Source: Bacilli bacterium
Lineage (GTDB): Bacteria; Bacillota_I; Bacilli_A; RF39; UBA660
Assembly (NCBI GenBank): GCA_017938725.1
Contig: JAGBAW010000010.1
Span: forward strand, 1 to 63,140
DNA: 63,140 bases
Reading direction: 5' to 3'
Positions within the stretch are counted from its first letter, which is position 1. Each line of letters begins with the position of its first letter. The position numbers and the translations under genes were made by a program. Below, piece after piece: positions 10,898 through 21,210 of the stretch. The notes under the pieces were generated by a model that made no database searches, was not told the DNA's origin, and saw only the letters and a list, made by a program, of their open reading frames with translations.

Positions 10898-11032
10898 ATA
10901 ATCACCAACCTATAACAATTTTAACATAAATTTTTAATTAATAATAGTTTTTTATTTGTATTATGTAAAATAAAATGGTTCATGTTCTTTAACTTTATAT
11001 TCATTTGTGATAAAATTAAATAGGTGATATTT

Positions 11033-11701
11033 ATGGAAGTTAATAAAAAATACAATATAGATTTAAATAGTGATTTAATAAAAAGAGCATTTACTCATTC
11101 ATCATATGTAAATGAAACAAAAAAGGGTGAAGACTATGAAAGATTAGAATTTTTAGGGGATAAAATACTTGACTTTTTAGTAAGTGAATATTTATATGTG
11201 TCAGAACATTTACATGAGGGTGAAATGACTAAAATAAGGGCAAATTATGTATGTGAGAATGCACTTTATGAATACTCAAAAAAATTAAATTTTCATGATT
11301 ATTTAAGACTCGGTAAAGGAGAAGAAGCATCAGGTGGAAGAAATAGAAAAGCAATACTTGCAGATGTATTTGAAGCATTCATCGCAGCAGTATACCTTAC
11401 TTATGGTCTTGATAAAGCAAAAGAGATAATATATGATGTTGTCATTAAAGCAATTGAAGATAAGGAAGATTATTTCTTGCATGATTATAAATCAATACTT
11501 CAAGAATTACTTCAAGCAGATAAAAAGGGTGTAGAGTATGAAGTTATTAATGAAGAGGGACCCTCTCATAATAAAATATTTACAAGTGTTGTAAAAATAG
11601 ACGGGGTTATGCTTGGAAAAGGTACATCAAATAGTAAAAAAGAATCAGAACAAGAAGCTGCAAAAGATGCACTTAGCAAACAAGCAAAAATTAATAAATA
11701 A
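11033..11701 (+). CDS. rnc: ribonuclease III
   Basis: ERLEFLGDKILD catalytic motif and a C-terminal dsRBD (GPSHNKIFTSVV..G.G.SKKESEQEAA). Confidence 0.9.
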   Translation: MEVNKKYNIDLNSDLIKRAFTHSSYVNETKKGEDYERLEFLGDKILDFLVSEYLYVSEHLHEGEMTKIRANYVCENALYEYSKKLNFHDYLRLGKGEEASGGRNRKAILADVFEAFIAAVYLTYGLDKAKEIIYDVVIKAIEDKEDYFLHDYKSILQELLQADKKGVEYEVINEEGPSHNKIFTSVVKIDGVMLGKGTSNSKKESEQEAAKDALSKQAKINK

Positions 11702-11734
11702 GAAATTTAGTTATATACTAATAATGGAGGAGTT

Positions 11735-12499
11735 ATGAAACAAAGATTAATTAGCGCACTTGTTGTTCTTATATTATTTATACCAATACTAATATTAGGT
11801 GGTATATACTTTAGAATAGGTATTACATTTATATCAATGGCTAGTGTATATGAAATAGTGAAGTTTAAAGATAATATTCCTAAATTTATTAAATTATTAT
11901 CATATTCATTAATTATATTTATGATTTTTACGAACATCAATTATATAATAAAAATATTCATTGTATTTTTAATTTTACTCACTCCACTTATTTTTTATGA
12001 TAGAAAAAATTATAATATTGAAATATTTTCATTTCTTAGTAGTTTTATTGTTTTCTTGGGATTAGTATTTTCATATGTATGTAAAATAAGGGATACTGAT
12101 ATAAATATTTTAATATTTTTACTTTTAATAACTATATTAACAGATACATTCGCATATGTAGGTGGTAAATTATTTGGAAAACATAAGTTAATTGAAAAAG
12201 TATCACCAGGTAAAACAATTGAAGGATCAGTAATTGGAAGTTTGGTGGGAACAGTATTACCAACCATATACTATATCTATATGATAAATCCATCAGCGAA
12301 TATACTATCTACTATTCTTATGATATTTGTACTATCTTTGATTGGCCAACTTGGTGATTTAGTATTCAGTAGTATAAAGCGTTTTTATAAGGTAAAGGAT
12401 TTTTCAAATATAATTCCCGGTCATGGTGGAATACTTGATAGGCTTGATAGCATTATATTTGTAACGATGGGGTATTTAGTACTAATTAATTTTATTTAA
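11735..12499 (+). CDS. cdsA: phosphatidate cytidylyltransferase
   Basis: SSIKRFYKVKDFSNIIPGHGGILDRLDS signature; polytopic membrane protein. Confidence 0.9.
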   Translation: MKQRLISALVVLILFIPILILGGIYFRIGITFISMASVYEIVKFKDNIPKFIKLLSYSLIIFMIFTNINYIIKIFIVFLILLTPLIFYDRKNYNIEIFSFLSSFIVFLGLVFSYVCKIRDTDINILIFLLLITILTDTFAYVGGKLFGKHKLIEKVSPGKTIEGSVIGSLVGTVLPTIYYIYMINPSANILSTILMIFVLSLIGQLGDLVFSSIKRFYKVKDFSNIIPGHGGILDRLDSIIFVTMGYLVLINFI

Positions 12500-12511
12500 A
12501 GGAGAAAGAAA

Positions 12512-13549
12512 ATGACAATAATAATATTTTTGATTATACTTGGTATCATTGTATTTATTCATGAACTTGGACATTTTATATTTGCTAAAAAAGCAGGGAT
12601 ATATGTCTATGAATTTTCAATAGGATTTGGTCCTAAATTGTTTTCGTTTAAGAGAAAAAATGATGAAACAAAGTATATGATTAAGCTTATTCCACTTGGT
12701 GGATATGTTGCAATGGCTGGTGAAGAGGACGGATTTGAGGATGAAAAAATAAAGGTTCCAGAAGATAGAAAGTTATATAATAAAACTTGGTGGCAAAGGT
12801 TCCTAGTTATGATTGCTGGTGCGATGAATAACTTTATATTAGGTATTTTATTATTATTTATAATGGGATTAATATATGGTACGCAAAGTGCAAGTAATGA
12901 ACTATCTTCAATTCCAAAAGATGGTAGTTTATATGAAGCTGGTGCTAGAGATGGGGAAATAATAACATCTATTAATGGTCAAAAGGTAAAAAACTATGAT
13001 GATATATCAACCTATTTAGCATTAGTAGAAACCGGTGAAAAGATTAATTTAACTATAAAAAATGATAGTAACAAAGAAAAAACATATGTAGTTAAACCGA
13101 AAAAAGAAGAGGACGGAAAATACTACTATGGAATATCTGTTAAAGTAGAAAATGAAAAAGGATTTATTCCTGCTTTAAAATATGCAAAGGATAAATTTAT
13201 ATCAATATATAAATCTATGATAATTGTTATAAAGAGTTTATTTACAGGAGTTTTAGGATTAGATAGCTTGTCGGGTCCTGTTGGAATATATTCAGTTGTA
13301 GGAGCAGTAAAGGATTCTTTTCAGATGATACTTTATTTAACTGCTTATCTTTCAATAAATATAGGGTTTATGAATTTAATACCATTTCCTGCATTTGATG
13401 GGGGGAGAGTATTATTCTTAATTATAGAAAAAATAAAAGGTTCAAGGATAAGCCCAAAGGTGGAAAATACTATTAATGGTATTGGGTTTATATTTCTTAT
13501 GATCCTTATGGTAGTAGTTACAGTAAAAGATATATTTAAATTATTTTAG
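12512..13549 (+). CDS. rseP: RIP zinc metalloprotease RseP/RasP
   Basis: HELGH motif in TM1, a central PDZ-like segment and a distal NLIPFPAFDGG motif. Confidence 0.85.
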   Translation: MTIIIFLIILGIIVFIHELGHFIFAKKAGIYVYEFSIGFGPKLFSFKRKNDETKYMIKLIPLGGYVAMAGEEDGFEDEKIKVPEDRKLYNKTWWQRFLVMIAGAMNNFILGILLLFIMGLIYGTQSASNELSSIPKDGSLYEAGARDGEIITSINGQKVKNYDDISTYLALVETGEKINLTIKNDSNKEKTYVVKPKKEEDGKYYYGISVKVENEKGFIPALKYAKDKFISIYKSMIIVIKSLFTGVLGLDSLSGPVGIYSVVGAVKDSFQMILYLTAYLSINIGFMNLIPFPAFDGGRVLFLIIEKIKGSRISPKVENTINGIGFIFLMILMVVVTVKDIFKLF

Positions 13550-13588
13550 GATATATATAATTTTTATGGAAAAAAGAGGTGGATTAAT

Positions 13589-14527
13589 TTGAATAATTTA
13601 AAAATAATTTATATGGGTACTCCTGATTTTAGTGTAGGACCCTTAGAAAGATTAATAAAAGAATACAATGTAATAGCAGTCGTAACGCAGCCAGATAAAG
13701 AAATTGGTAGAAAAAAGGAAATAAAATTTTCTAAAGTAAAGGAAGTAGCAATTAAAAATAATATAAAAGTGTTTCAACCTGAGAAAATAAAACAAGATTA
13801 TAACGAAATAATAAATTTAAATCCTGATATTATAATAACTTGTGCATATGGTCAAATTCTTCCAAAAGAATTATTAGATTTTCCAAAATATGGTTGTATA
13901 AACATTCATGCTTCACTTTTGCCAAAACTTAGGGGAGGCGCACCTATACATAGGGCAATAATCGATGGTCATAATATAACAGGTATAACTATTATGTATA
14001 TGAACGAAAAAATGGATTCGGGGGATATTATATACCAAGAGGATATATATATATACGATGAAGATACAGTTGGTACCTTATTTAATAGATTAAGTAGATT
14101 AGGTTCTAATATGATTATTAAAGTTCTTCCAAATATTATTAATGGTACTATAATAAGGATAAGACAAGATGAAAAAAGAGCTACTTATGCATATAATATT
14201 ACAAGAGAAGATGAACATATAGATTTTAATAAAACATCAAGAGAAGTATTTAATCATATAAGGGGTTTAAATCCTTGGCCTGTTGGGTATTCCACACTTG
14301 ATAACAAAAAGGTAAAAATATATGAGTCCAAAATAGGAAATAGTAAAAAAGATGGATTACCTGGTGAAATAATAAATATTTATAATGATTCAATAGGTGT
14401 AAAAACAAATAATGGCGAAATATTAATTACCTCGCTACAATTTGAAGGTAAAAAAAGAGTATCTACTAAAGATTATCTAAATGGTCTTCAAGATAAAAAT
14501 AATATAATTGGGAAAAAATTTATTTAA
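13589..14527 (+). CDS. fmt: methionyl-tRNA formyltransferase
   Basis: IIYMGTPDF.., HASLLPKLRGGAPI; 312 aa, TTG start. Confidence 0.9.
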   Translation: MNNLKIIYMGTPDFSVGPLERLIKEYNVIAVVTQPDKEIGRKKEIKFSKVKEVAIKNNIKVFQPEKIKQDYNEIINLNPDIIITCAYGQILPKELLDFPKYGCINIHASLLPKLRGGAPIHRAIIDGHNITGITIMYMNEKMDSGDIIYQEDIYIYDEDTVGTLFNRLSRLGSNMIIKVLPNIINGTIIRIRQDEKRATYAYNITREDEHIDFNKTSREVFNHIRGLNPWPVGYSTLDNKKVKIYESKIGNSKKDGLPGEIINIYNDSIGVKTNNGEILITSLQFEGKKRVSTKDYLNGLQDKNNIIGKKFI

Positions 14528-14533
14528 AATAAA

Positions 14534-14569
14534 AAATACCATAAAATTAATTATTCATGGTATTTTTAT
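14534..14569. terminator. bidirectional intrinsic terminator between fmt and rpmB
   Basis: AAATACCAT / ATGGTATTT 9-bp stem flanked by an A-run and a T-run, between convergent genes. Confidence 0.7.
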
Positions 14570-14739
14570 TTACTTGTTAATTTTCTTAATGTTCTAGCTT
14601 CTCTTGCAGTTGTTTTAAACTTAATTCCATTTATTGTTACATATTGGAAATTTAAATTTTGTTTTTTATTTGTTCTATTATGAGCATGAGATACTTTTTT
14701 AGCTGAATTTGGTACTTTACTAGTTACTTTTCTTGACAT
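14566..14739 (-). CDS. rpmB: 50S ribosomal protein L28
   Basis: MSRKVTSKVPNSAKKVSHAHNRTNKK.. The internal ATG at 14739 behind GAAGGAGG is preferred over the track start at 14784. Confidence 0.85.
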   Translation of the reverse strand: MSRKVTSKVPNSAKKVSHAHNRTNKKQNLNFQYVTINGIKFKTTAREARTLRKLTSK

Positions 14740-14860
14740 ACTTATTCCTCCTTCAAAAAACTTCTTGCCTAATAACTTTAACATATTATTTGTTTTAAGT
14801 CAATTATATTGTAATAATTTTGTATTTTGTGTAAAATAAGTATATAAGGAGGAAGAGATT

Positions 14861-17767
14861 ATGAATTATATACCACTTAGAGTAAAAACTACTTATTCCT
14901 TACTTACTAGTTTAATTGATATTGAAAAATTAATAATTAAATGCAAAGAATTAAATATAAATTCAATTGCAATTTGTGACGATAATATGTATGGTGTTAT
15001 GGAATTTTATAAAATTGCAATTAAAAATGATATAAAACCTATTATAGGATTAGAAATCAAAATAGAAGATAAAAGTATTTTATTATATGCTAAGAATTAT
15101 TTAGGTTATCAAAATTTATGTTATATATCAAGTAATGATAAAACTTATAGCGTTTTAAAGGAAAACAATAACGATTTAATTGTTATTGTTCCATATGAAT
15201 CAATAGATGTTTATGATAAATTAAGTAAAATATTTGATGATATTTATATATCATATAAATCTTTGGAAGAAAGAGAAAAAATAAAGAATAAAAGATGTGT
15301 ATTTGCAAATGTAGTAAGATGTTTAAATAAAGAAGATAGAGAATATTTAAAATATTTATACATGATAAAAGATGGAAAGAAAATTACAAATGTTAATGAT
15401 TATATATTTGATGATAATAATTATTTATTAGATATAGATGAATTAAGGGAAAATATAAATAAGATTGACTTAATTAATTATAAAGTAATAAATGATATGT
15501 GTAATGTAAATATAGAAACCAAGGAAGATTTACTTCCAAAGTATAGTTTAGACAAATCATTTGATGAATTTAAATATTTAACCGAACTTTGTAAAAAGGG
15601 ATTACTTAAAAGATTTAATAATAAAGTTCCAGTAAGGTATGCAGATAGACTTATGTATGAATTAGAAATAATAAATAAAATGGGATTTTGTAATTACTTT
15701 CTAGTTGTTTGGGATTTCATAAAATATTCAAAACAAAATAAAATATTAGTAGGACCAGGGCGTGGTAGTGCTGCAGGATCACTTGCTTGTTATTCTCTTG
15801 GTATAACTGATATAGATCCATTGAAATATAATTTAATTTTTGAAAGATTTTTAAACCCACAAAGAATAACTATGCCTGATATAGATACAGATTTTGATTC
15901 ATCAAAAAGGGAAGATGTAATTAAATATGTTATGCATAAATATGGTTCTAAGAATGTTGCTCAAATTATTACATTTGCTACTCTAAAAGCTAAACAAGTA
16001 CTTAGAGATGTAGCTAGAATTTTTGATTTAAATTTATCTAAAACTGATGAATTTATAAAACTTATAGATTCAAATTTATCATTATCTGAAAACAAGAAAA
16101 ATCCCATTGTTTTAAAAGAATTATCTAAGGATACACTATTATCAAGCATATATGATATAGCTATTCATTTAGAGGGACTAAAAAGGCAAACTAGTATTCA
16201 TGCTGCTGGAGTAATAATCTCCAGAAAAGAACTTGATAGATATATCCCAATTATTAAAGTAAAAAATGATGAATATATTACAGGGTATACAATGAATTAC
16301 TTAGAGGAATTAGGACTTTTAAAAATGGACTTTTTAGCAATAGATAACCTAACACTTATAAGTAAGTTATTAGATGAAATAAAGTTTGTAGACTTCTCAA
16401 AGATACCTCTTGATGATAGAAAAACTATTGAGCTTTTTAGAAGAGTTGATACTGATGGTATATTTCAATTTGAATCATCAGGTATGAAAAATGTACTAAG
16501 AAAATTTAATGTGTCATCCTTTGATGATTTAGTAGCAATAATAGCGCTTTTTAGACCTGGTCCTATGGATAATATTGATTCTTATGTTAAACGAAAAGAA
16601 GGAAAGGAAAAAGTAACGTATATTCATGAAAGTCTAAAACCTATACTAAAGAGCACATATGGCATTATAGTATACCAGGAACAGATAATGCAAATAGCAA
16701 GTGTAATGGCAGGATATACTTTAGGTGAAGCAGATATATTAAGGCGTGCGATGGGTAAAAAAAGTCATACTATTATGGAAAATGAAAAGGAAAAATTTAT
16801 AACAAGAAGCATAAATAATGGTTATGATAAAAATGTAAGCACAGAAGTTTTTGATTTAATATATAAATTTGCAGATTTTGGTTTTAATAAATCACACTCA
16901 GTGGGATATAGTGTAGTAGCATTCAAAATGGCTTATTTAAAAGCGCATTATCCTAATTATTTTATGTGTCATTTACTTACTATGGTCATAGGAAACGATG
17001 TTAAAACTAAACAATATATAAATGAATGTAAAAATAATAATATAAATATTTTACTTCCTTGTATAAATAGAAGTAGTACTAATTATGTTGTAGAAAATAA
17101 AGATATAAGGTTTCCACTAGAAGGAATTCATAATGTAGGTCATTTAGCAAGCATGGAAATATTAAAGACAAGGAAAAATGGAGAATTTAAAAGTTTCTTT
17201 GATTTTATAAAAAGATGTTATGGTAAAAGTATAAACAAAAAAACTATAGAATATTTAATATATGCTGGATGTTTTGATTTGTTTGGGTATAATCATAAAA
17301 CTTTAATTAATAATATAGATATAGGAATTAATTATGCAGAACTTGTTAAAGATCTAGATGAATCTTTAGTAAATTCTCCGGTAATGGAAATAGTAGATGA
17401 ATATAATAATACTGATTTAATTAATCAAGAATATCAAACATTTGGTTTTTATTTAAGTTATCATCCAGTACAAAATTATAGAAGGAATAATTTTAATACA
17501 ACTTATATTAAAGATAATTTTAATAAGATAATAAATATTTATTTACTTATTGATAATATTAGAGTAATCAAAACCAAGAAGAATGAAAAAATGGCCTTTG
17601 TTTTAGGTAGTGATGAATATGGTGAAATAGATATGGTTATGTTTCCTAAAGCATATGAAAAATATTATAACTTATCAAGAGGAGAAGTAGTACTTGTAAC
17701 TGCTAAGGTTGAAAAAAGAGTAAATAAGTATCAATTAATAATTAATAAAATACAAAGAAATTTGTGA
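14861..17767 (+). CDS. dnaE: DNA polymerase III subunit alpha (DnaE type)
   Basis: N-terminal PHP domain (LRVKTTYSLL..AICDDNMYG), PDIDTDF catalytic motif and a C-terminal OB fold. Short at 968 aa. Confidence 0.9.
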   Translation: MNYIPLRVKTTYSLLTSLIDIEKLIIKCKELNINSIAICDDNMYGVMEFYKIAIKNDIKPIIGLEIKIEDKSILLYAKNYLGYQNLCYISSNDKTYSVLKENNNDLIVIVPYESIDVYDKLSKIFDDIYISYKSLEEREKIKNKRCVFANVVRCLNKEDREYLKYLYMIKDGKKITNVNDYIFDDNNYLLDIDELRENINKIDLINYKVINDMCNVNIETKEDLLPKYSLDKSFDEFKYLTELCKKGLLKRFNNKVPVRYADRLMYELEIINKMGFCNYFLVVWDFIKYSKQNKILVGPGRGSAAGSLACYSLGITDIDPLKYNLIFERFLNPQRITMPDIDTDFDSSKREDVIKYVMHKYGSKNVAQIITFATLKAKQVLRDVARIFDLNLSKTDEFIKLIDSNLSLSENKKNPIVLKELSKDTLLSSIYDIAIHLEGLKRQTSIHAAGVIISRKELDRYIPIIKVKNDEYITGYTMNYLEELGLLKMDFLAIDNLTLISKLLDEIKFVDFSKIPLDDRKTIELFRRVDTDGIFQFESSGMKNVLRKFNVSSFDDLVAIIALFRPGPMDNIDSYVKRKEGKEKVTYIHESLKPILKSTYGIIVYQEQIMQIASVMAGYTLGEADILRRAMGKKSHTIMENEKEKFITRSINNGYDKNVSTEVFDLIYKFADFGFNKSHSVGYSVVAFKMAYLKAHYPNYFMCHLLTMVIGNDVKTKQYINECKNNNINILLPCINRSSTNYVVENKDIRFPLEGIHNVGHLASMEILKTRKNGEFKSFFDFIKRCYGKSINKKTIEYLIYAGCFDLFGYNHKTLINNIDIGINYAELVKDLDESLVNSPVMEIVDEYNNTDLINQEYQTFGFYLSYHPVQNYRRNNFNTTYIKDNFNKIINIYLLIDNIRVIKTKKNEKMAFVLGSDEYGEIDMVMFPKAYEKYYNLSRGEVVLVTAKVEKRVNKYQLIINKIQRNL

Positions 17768-17873
17768 TATATTTATAAAATGTTAACGTGAGTTGACATT
17801 TTTCCATTTAAAATTGGTAGTATGTAACAAAAAAGAATGTTATAATTGATTTGTATTAAGAAAGGAAAATATT

Positions 17874-20165
17874 ATGTTAAGATTAAAAAATATTAATAAA
17901 GGTTATAAAACTCAATCATTTACTCAAAATGTATTGAAAGATATAAACTTAAATTTTAGAAATAACGAGTTTGTTTCTATACTAGGTCCATCTGGTAGTG
18001 GTAAAACAACACTATTAAATATAATAGGTGGACTAGATAGATATGATTCAGGGGATTTAATAATAAATGGAAAGTCTACTAAAAATTTTAAAAATAAAGA
18101 TTGGGATGCTTATAGAAATAATAGTATTGGTTTTATATTTCAAAGCTATAATTTAATTTCTCATATGACTATTTTAAGTAATGTAGAATTATGTATGACA
18201 TTAAGTGGTGTATCACAAAGAGAAAGGAGAAAAAGGGCAACAGAAGCTCTTGAAAAAGTTGGATTAAAAGATCATATACATAAAAAGCCTAATCAATTAT
18301 CTGGTGGGCAAATGCAAAGAGTTGCAATTGCAAGAGCTTTAGTAAATAATCCTGATATTATTTTAGCAGATGAACCAACAGGAGCACTAGATTCTAAGAC
18401 AAGCGTTCAAATAATGGAACTTATAAAAGAAATAGCTAAAGATAAACTTGTTATTATGGTTACCCATAATCCAGAACTTGCAGAAAAGTATTCAACTAGA
18501 ATAATTAAAATCAAAGATGGTATTATAATTGAAGATACTAATCCATTAAACGAAGAAGATATAAAAGAAGAATATAAACTTAATAAAACTTCTATGAACT
18601 TTTTTACAGCTTTAAAACTATCTTTTAATAATATATTAACAAAAAAAGGAAGGACACTTCTTACTGCATTTGCATCTAGTATTGGTATAATGGGTATTGC
18701 ACTTATATTATCTTTATCAAATGGTTTTAAAATTCAAATAGATAAATTTGAAAAAGACACTTTATCGCAAGCCCCAATAATAATTAGTGAACAATCTATG
18801 AATATGGATAGTATTAATGCTAATACTGACAAAGAAGAATTAGAAGAATATACTAATAAAAAAGAAATATATCCCCTAAAAAGTATGAGTAGTAATATAC
18901 ATGTTAATAAACTTACAAAAGAATATATGGAGTATATAAATAATATAGATAAAGATCTAATAGGAGGTATTTCATATCAAAGAATTATTAATTTAAATTT
19001 ACTTACTAAAATAAATGAAAAGGTTAAATATTTAAATTCAGCTGAGTTATTATTCCCACTTCCAACTAATTTAGATGGAAGTATAAGTACAGTTATAGAA
19101 GATAATTTTGAAATAATAGACGGTAAAATAACTGATAATATGCAAGAATTATTATTACTTGTAGATACTAAAAATAGGGTATCAGAAGATGTATTAAAAT
19201 TATTAGGGTATGAAAAGGAAGATAAAATTAATTTTGATGAATTATTAGGCAAAGAATTTAAGGTAATACTAAACGATGATTTTTATACTAATTCAGGATT
19301 AAATTATGTTCCATCATCTGATTATGAAAAATTATATAATAGTGAAAGTGCGATAACACTTAAAGTAAGTGCAATTATAAGAGGAAAAGAAGGTAGTGAT
19401 TTTGCAAAACTGTCAGGTAGTGGTTTTGTATATAAAGAATCACTTATGAATTATGTAATTGATAAAAATGATAATTCAAATATTGTAAAAGATCAGATAA
19501 ATAAAGATTATAATGTAATTACTATGGAAAAATTCGACTTAAGTACTGATGAAGGGAAAAAAGCAAAGGAACAAGTATTATCTTATTTAGGTTCTGATAC
19601 TGTACCTGTTTACATTCAAATTTATCCAAAAGACTTTGACTCAAAAGATGAATTAATTAAATACTTAGATAAATATAATAAAGGAAAAATTGAAGAAGAT
19701 AAAATACTTTATATTGACCAGGCAGAACTTATAACATCTATGTCAGGTAGTATAATGGATGCTATAACAATTGTACTTATTGCATTTTCAGGTATTTCAC
19801 TTATTGTATCTACTATAATGATAGGTATAATAATATATATATCAGTGCTTGAAAGAACTAAAGAGATAGGTATTTTAAGAGCAATAGGAGCTAGAAAAAA
19901 AGATATTACAAGAGTGTTTAATGCAGAAACATTTATTATAGGATTATCATCTGGTTTAATAGGAATTATATGTGCCAATTTATTAACTATACCGATAAAT
20001 AATGTTATAGAAAATTTATCCGATTTACCTAACGTTGCCCAGCTAAATATACTTCATGCGATTATATTAATTATAATTAGTGTTGTATTAACTACAATTG
20101 GAGGACTAATACCTGCTAAAATGGCAAGTAAAAAAGATCCTGTAGAATCTCTTAGAGTAGAATAA
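17874..20165 (+). CDS. ABC transporter, fused ATPase and FtsX-type permease (MacB-like)
   Basis: GPSGSGKTT, LSGGQMQRVAIARAL and ILADEPTGALD in the N-terminal domain. The C-terminal part is an FtsX/MacB permease with a large extracytoplasmic loop. Confidence 0.8.
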   Translation: MLRLKNINKGYKTQSFTQNVLKDINLNFRNNEFVSILGPSGSGKTTLLNIIGGLDRYDSGDLIINGKSTKNFKNKDWDAYRNNSIGFIFQSYNLISHMTILSNVELCMTLSGVSQRERRKRATEALEKVGLKDHIHKKPNQLSGGQMQRVAIARALVNNPDIILADEPTGALDSKTSVQIMELIKEIAKDKLVIMVTHNPELAEKYSTRIIKIKDGIIIEDTNPLNEEDIKEEYKLNKTSMNFFTALKLSFNNILTKKGRTLLTAFASSIGIMGIALILSLSNGFKIQIDKFEKDTLSQAPIIISEQSMNMDSINANTDKEELEEYTNKKEIYPLKSMSSNIHVNKLTKEYMEYINNIDKDLIGGISYQRIINLNLLTKINEKVKYLNSAELLFPLPTNLDGSISTVIEDNFEIIDGKITDNMQELLLLVDTKNRVSEDVLKLLGYEKEDKINFDELLGKEFKVILNDDFYTNSGLNYVPSSDYEKLYNSESAITLKVSAIIRGKEGSDFAKLSGSGFVYKESLMNYVIDKNDNSNIVKDQINKDYNVITMEKFDLSTDEGKKAKEQVLSYLGSDTVPVYIQIYPKDFDSKDELIKYLDKYNKGKIEEDKILYIDQAELITSMSGSIMDAITIVLIAFSGISLIVSTIMIGIIIYISVLERTKEIGILRAIGARKKDITRVFNAETFIIGLSSGLIGIICANLLTIPINNVIENLSDLPNVAQLNILHAIILIIISVVLTTIGGLIPAKMASKKDPVESLRVE

Positions 20166-20261
20166 AAGTGTTTTATTTGACGCTTTTATTTTTATATTTA
20201 TATTCTTTCTTGATATAAATAATTATTTTTGATAAAATGTATTTACATTTAAGGAGGAGTT

Positions 20262-20822
20262 ATGAGGAAAAAAGGCAAATTATTTGTAATATCTGGTCCA
20301 AGTGGAGTTGGAAAAGATACAATAGTAAAGGAATATTTAAAAAATCATAATGGTCATTTATCAGTGTCTGCAACTACAAGACTTCCAAGAAAAAATGAAG
20401 TGGATGGAAAGGATTATTATTTTTTAACAACTAATGAATTTAAAAATTGGATAGATGACGGGAATTTCCTAGAATATGCTATTTATAATGATAATTATTA
20501 TGGAACTCCAAAATCTAAAATAGATGAGTATTTACAAAAAGGTATAAATGTATTTTTAATTATTGAAGTTCAGGGTGGACTTCAGATAAAGAACAAAATA
20601 AAGAATAGTGTTCTTATATTTATACTTCCACCTAGTTTAGACGAATTAAAACAAAGATTATTAGATAGAAATCTAGATTCAATTGGAATTGTTGAAAATA
20701 GGCTTAAAATAGCTGAAGAAGAAATTAAAGTATCTGAAAAGTATGATTATTTAATTGTTAATAGAGATGTAAATAATTCAGTTGATAAATTAGATATGAT
20801 AATTAATGAAGAGTGTAAATAA
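20262..20822 (+). CDS. gmk: guanylate kinase
   Basis: ISGPSGVGKDT, SATTRLPRKNEVDGKDYYF. Confidence 0.9.
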   Translation: MRKKGKLFVISGPSGVGKDTIVKEYLKNHNGHLSVSATTRLPRKNEVDGKDYYFLTTNEFKNWIDDGNFLEYAIYNDNYYGTPKSKIDEYLQKGINVFLIIEVQGGLQIKNKIKNSVLIFILPPSLDELKQRLLDRNLDSIGIVENRLKIAEEEIKVSEKYDYLIVNRDVNNSVDKLDMIINEECK

Positions 20823-20860
20823 TGTAATATAGAATTTATTAATATAAGGAGTTAACTATA

Positions 20861-20890
20861 AAATAGTATGCTTTTGCATACTATTTTTGT
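20861..20890. terminator. bidirectional intrinsic terminator
   Basis: AAATAGTATGC-TTTT-GCATACTATTT perfect 11-bp stem between convergent gmk and the DUF2624-like gene. Confidence 0.7.
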
Positions 20891-21144
20891 ATTTTTTTAT
20901 ATTCATAATATAGGTTTTCAAGTTTATTATAGGTGGTGTTAGAAAGTTTTTCTTTTAATTCACTTAGTAAATCTGTTGGATTTTCATAATAAAATCTCTT
21001 CCAATATTTTTTAATATATTCATAAATTATTTCTGTTTCATTATTAGTCAATATAATTCCCTCTTTTTTAGCATACTCTATAATATGACCTTTATTAATT
21101 TTATTTATATATGTTTGTAAAATTATATCGTTCAAAATTTTCAC
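20881..21144 (-). CDS. DUF2624-like small protein
   Basis: 87 aa. The pattern resembles small Bacillus DUF2624 proteins, judged from memory only. Confidence 0.35.
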   Translation of the reverse strand: MKILNDIILQTYINKINKGHIIEYAKKEGIILTNNETEIIYEYIKKYWKRFYYENPTDLLSELKEKLSNTTYNKLENLYYEYKKIQK

Positions 21145-21210
21145 CTCTAGAAAAATATATGTTATACAAATTAATTGTATGAGGCAAAATAATACTGGAG
21201 GAAGTAAAGC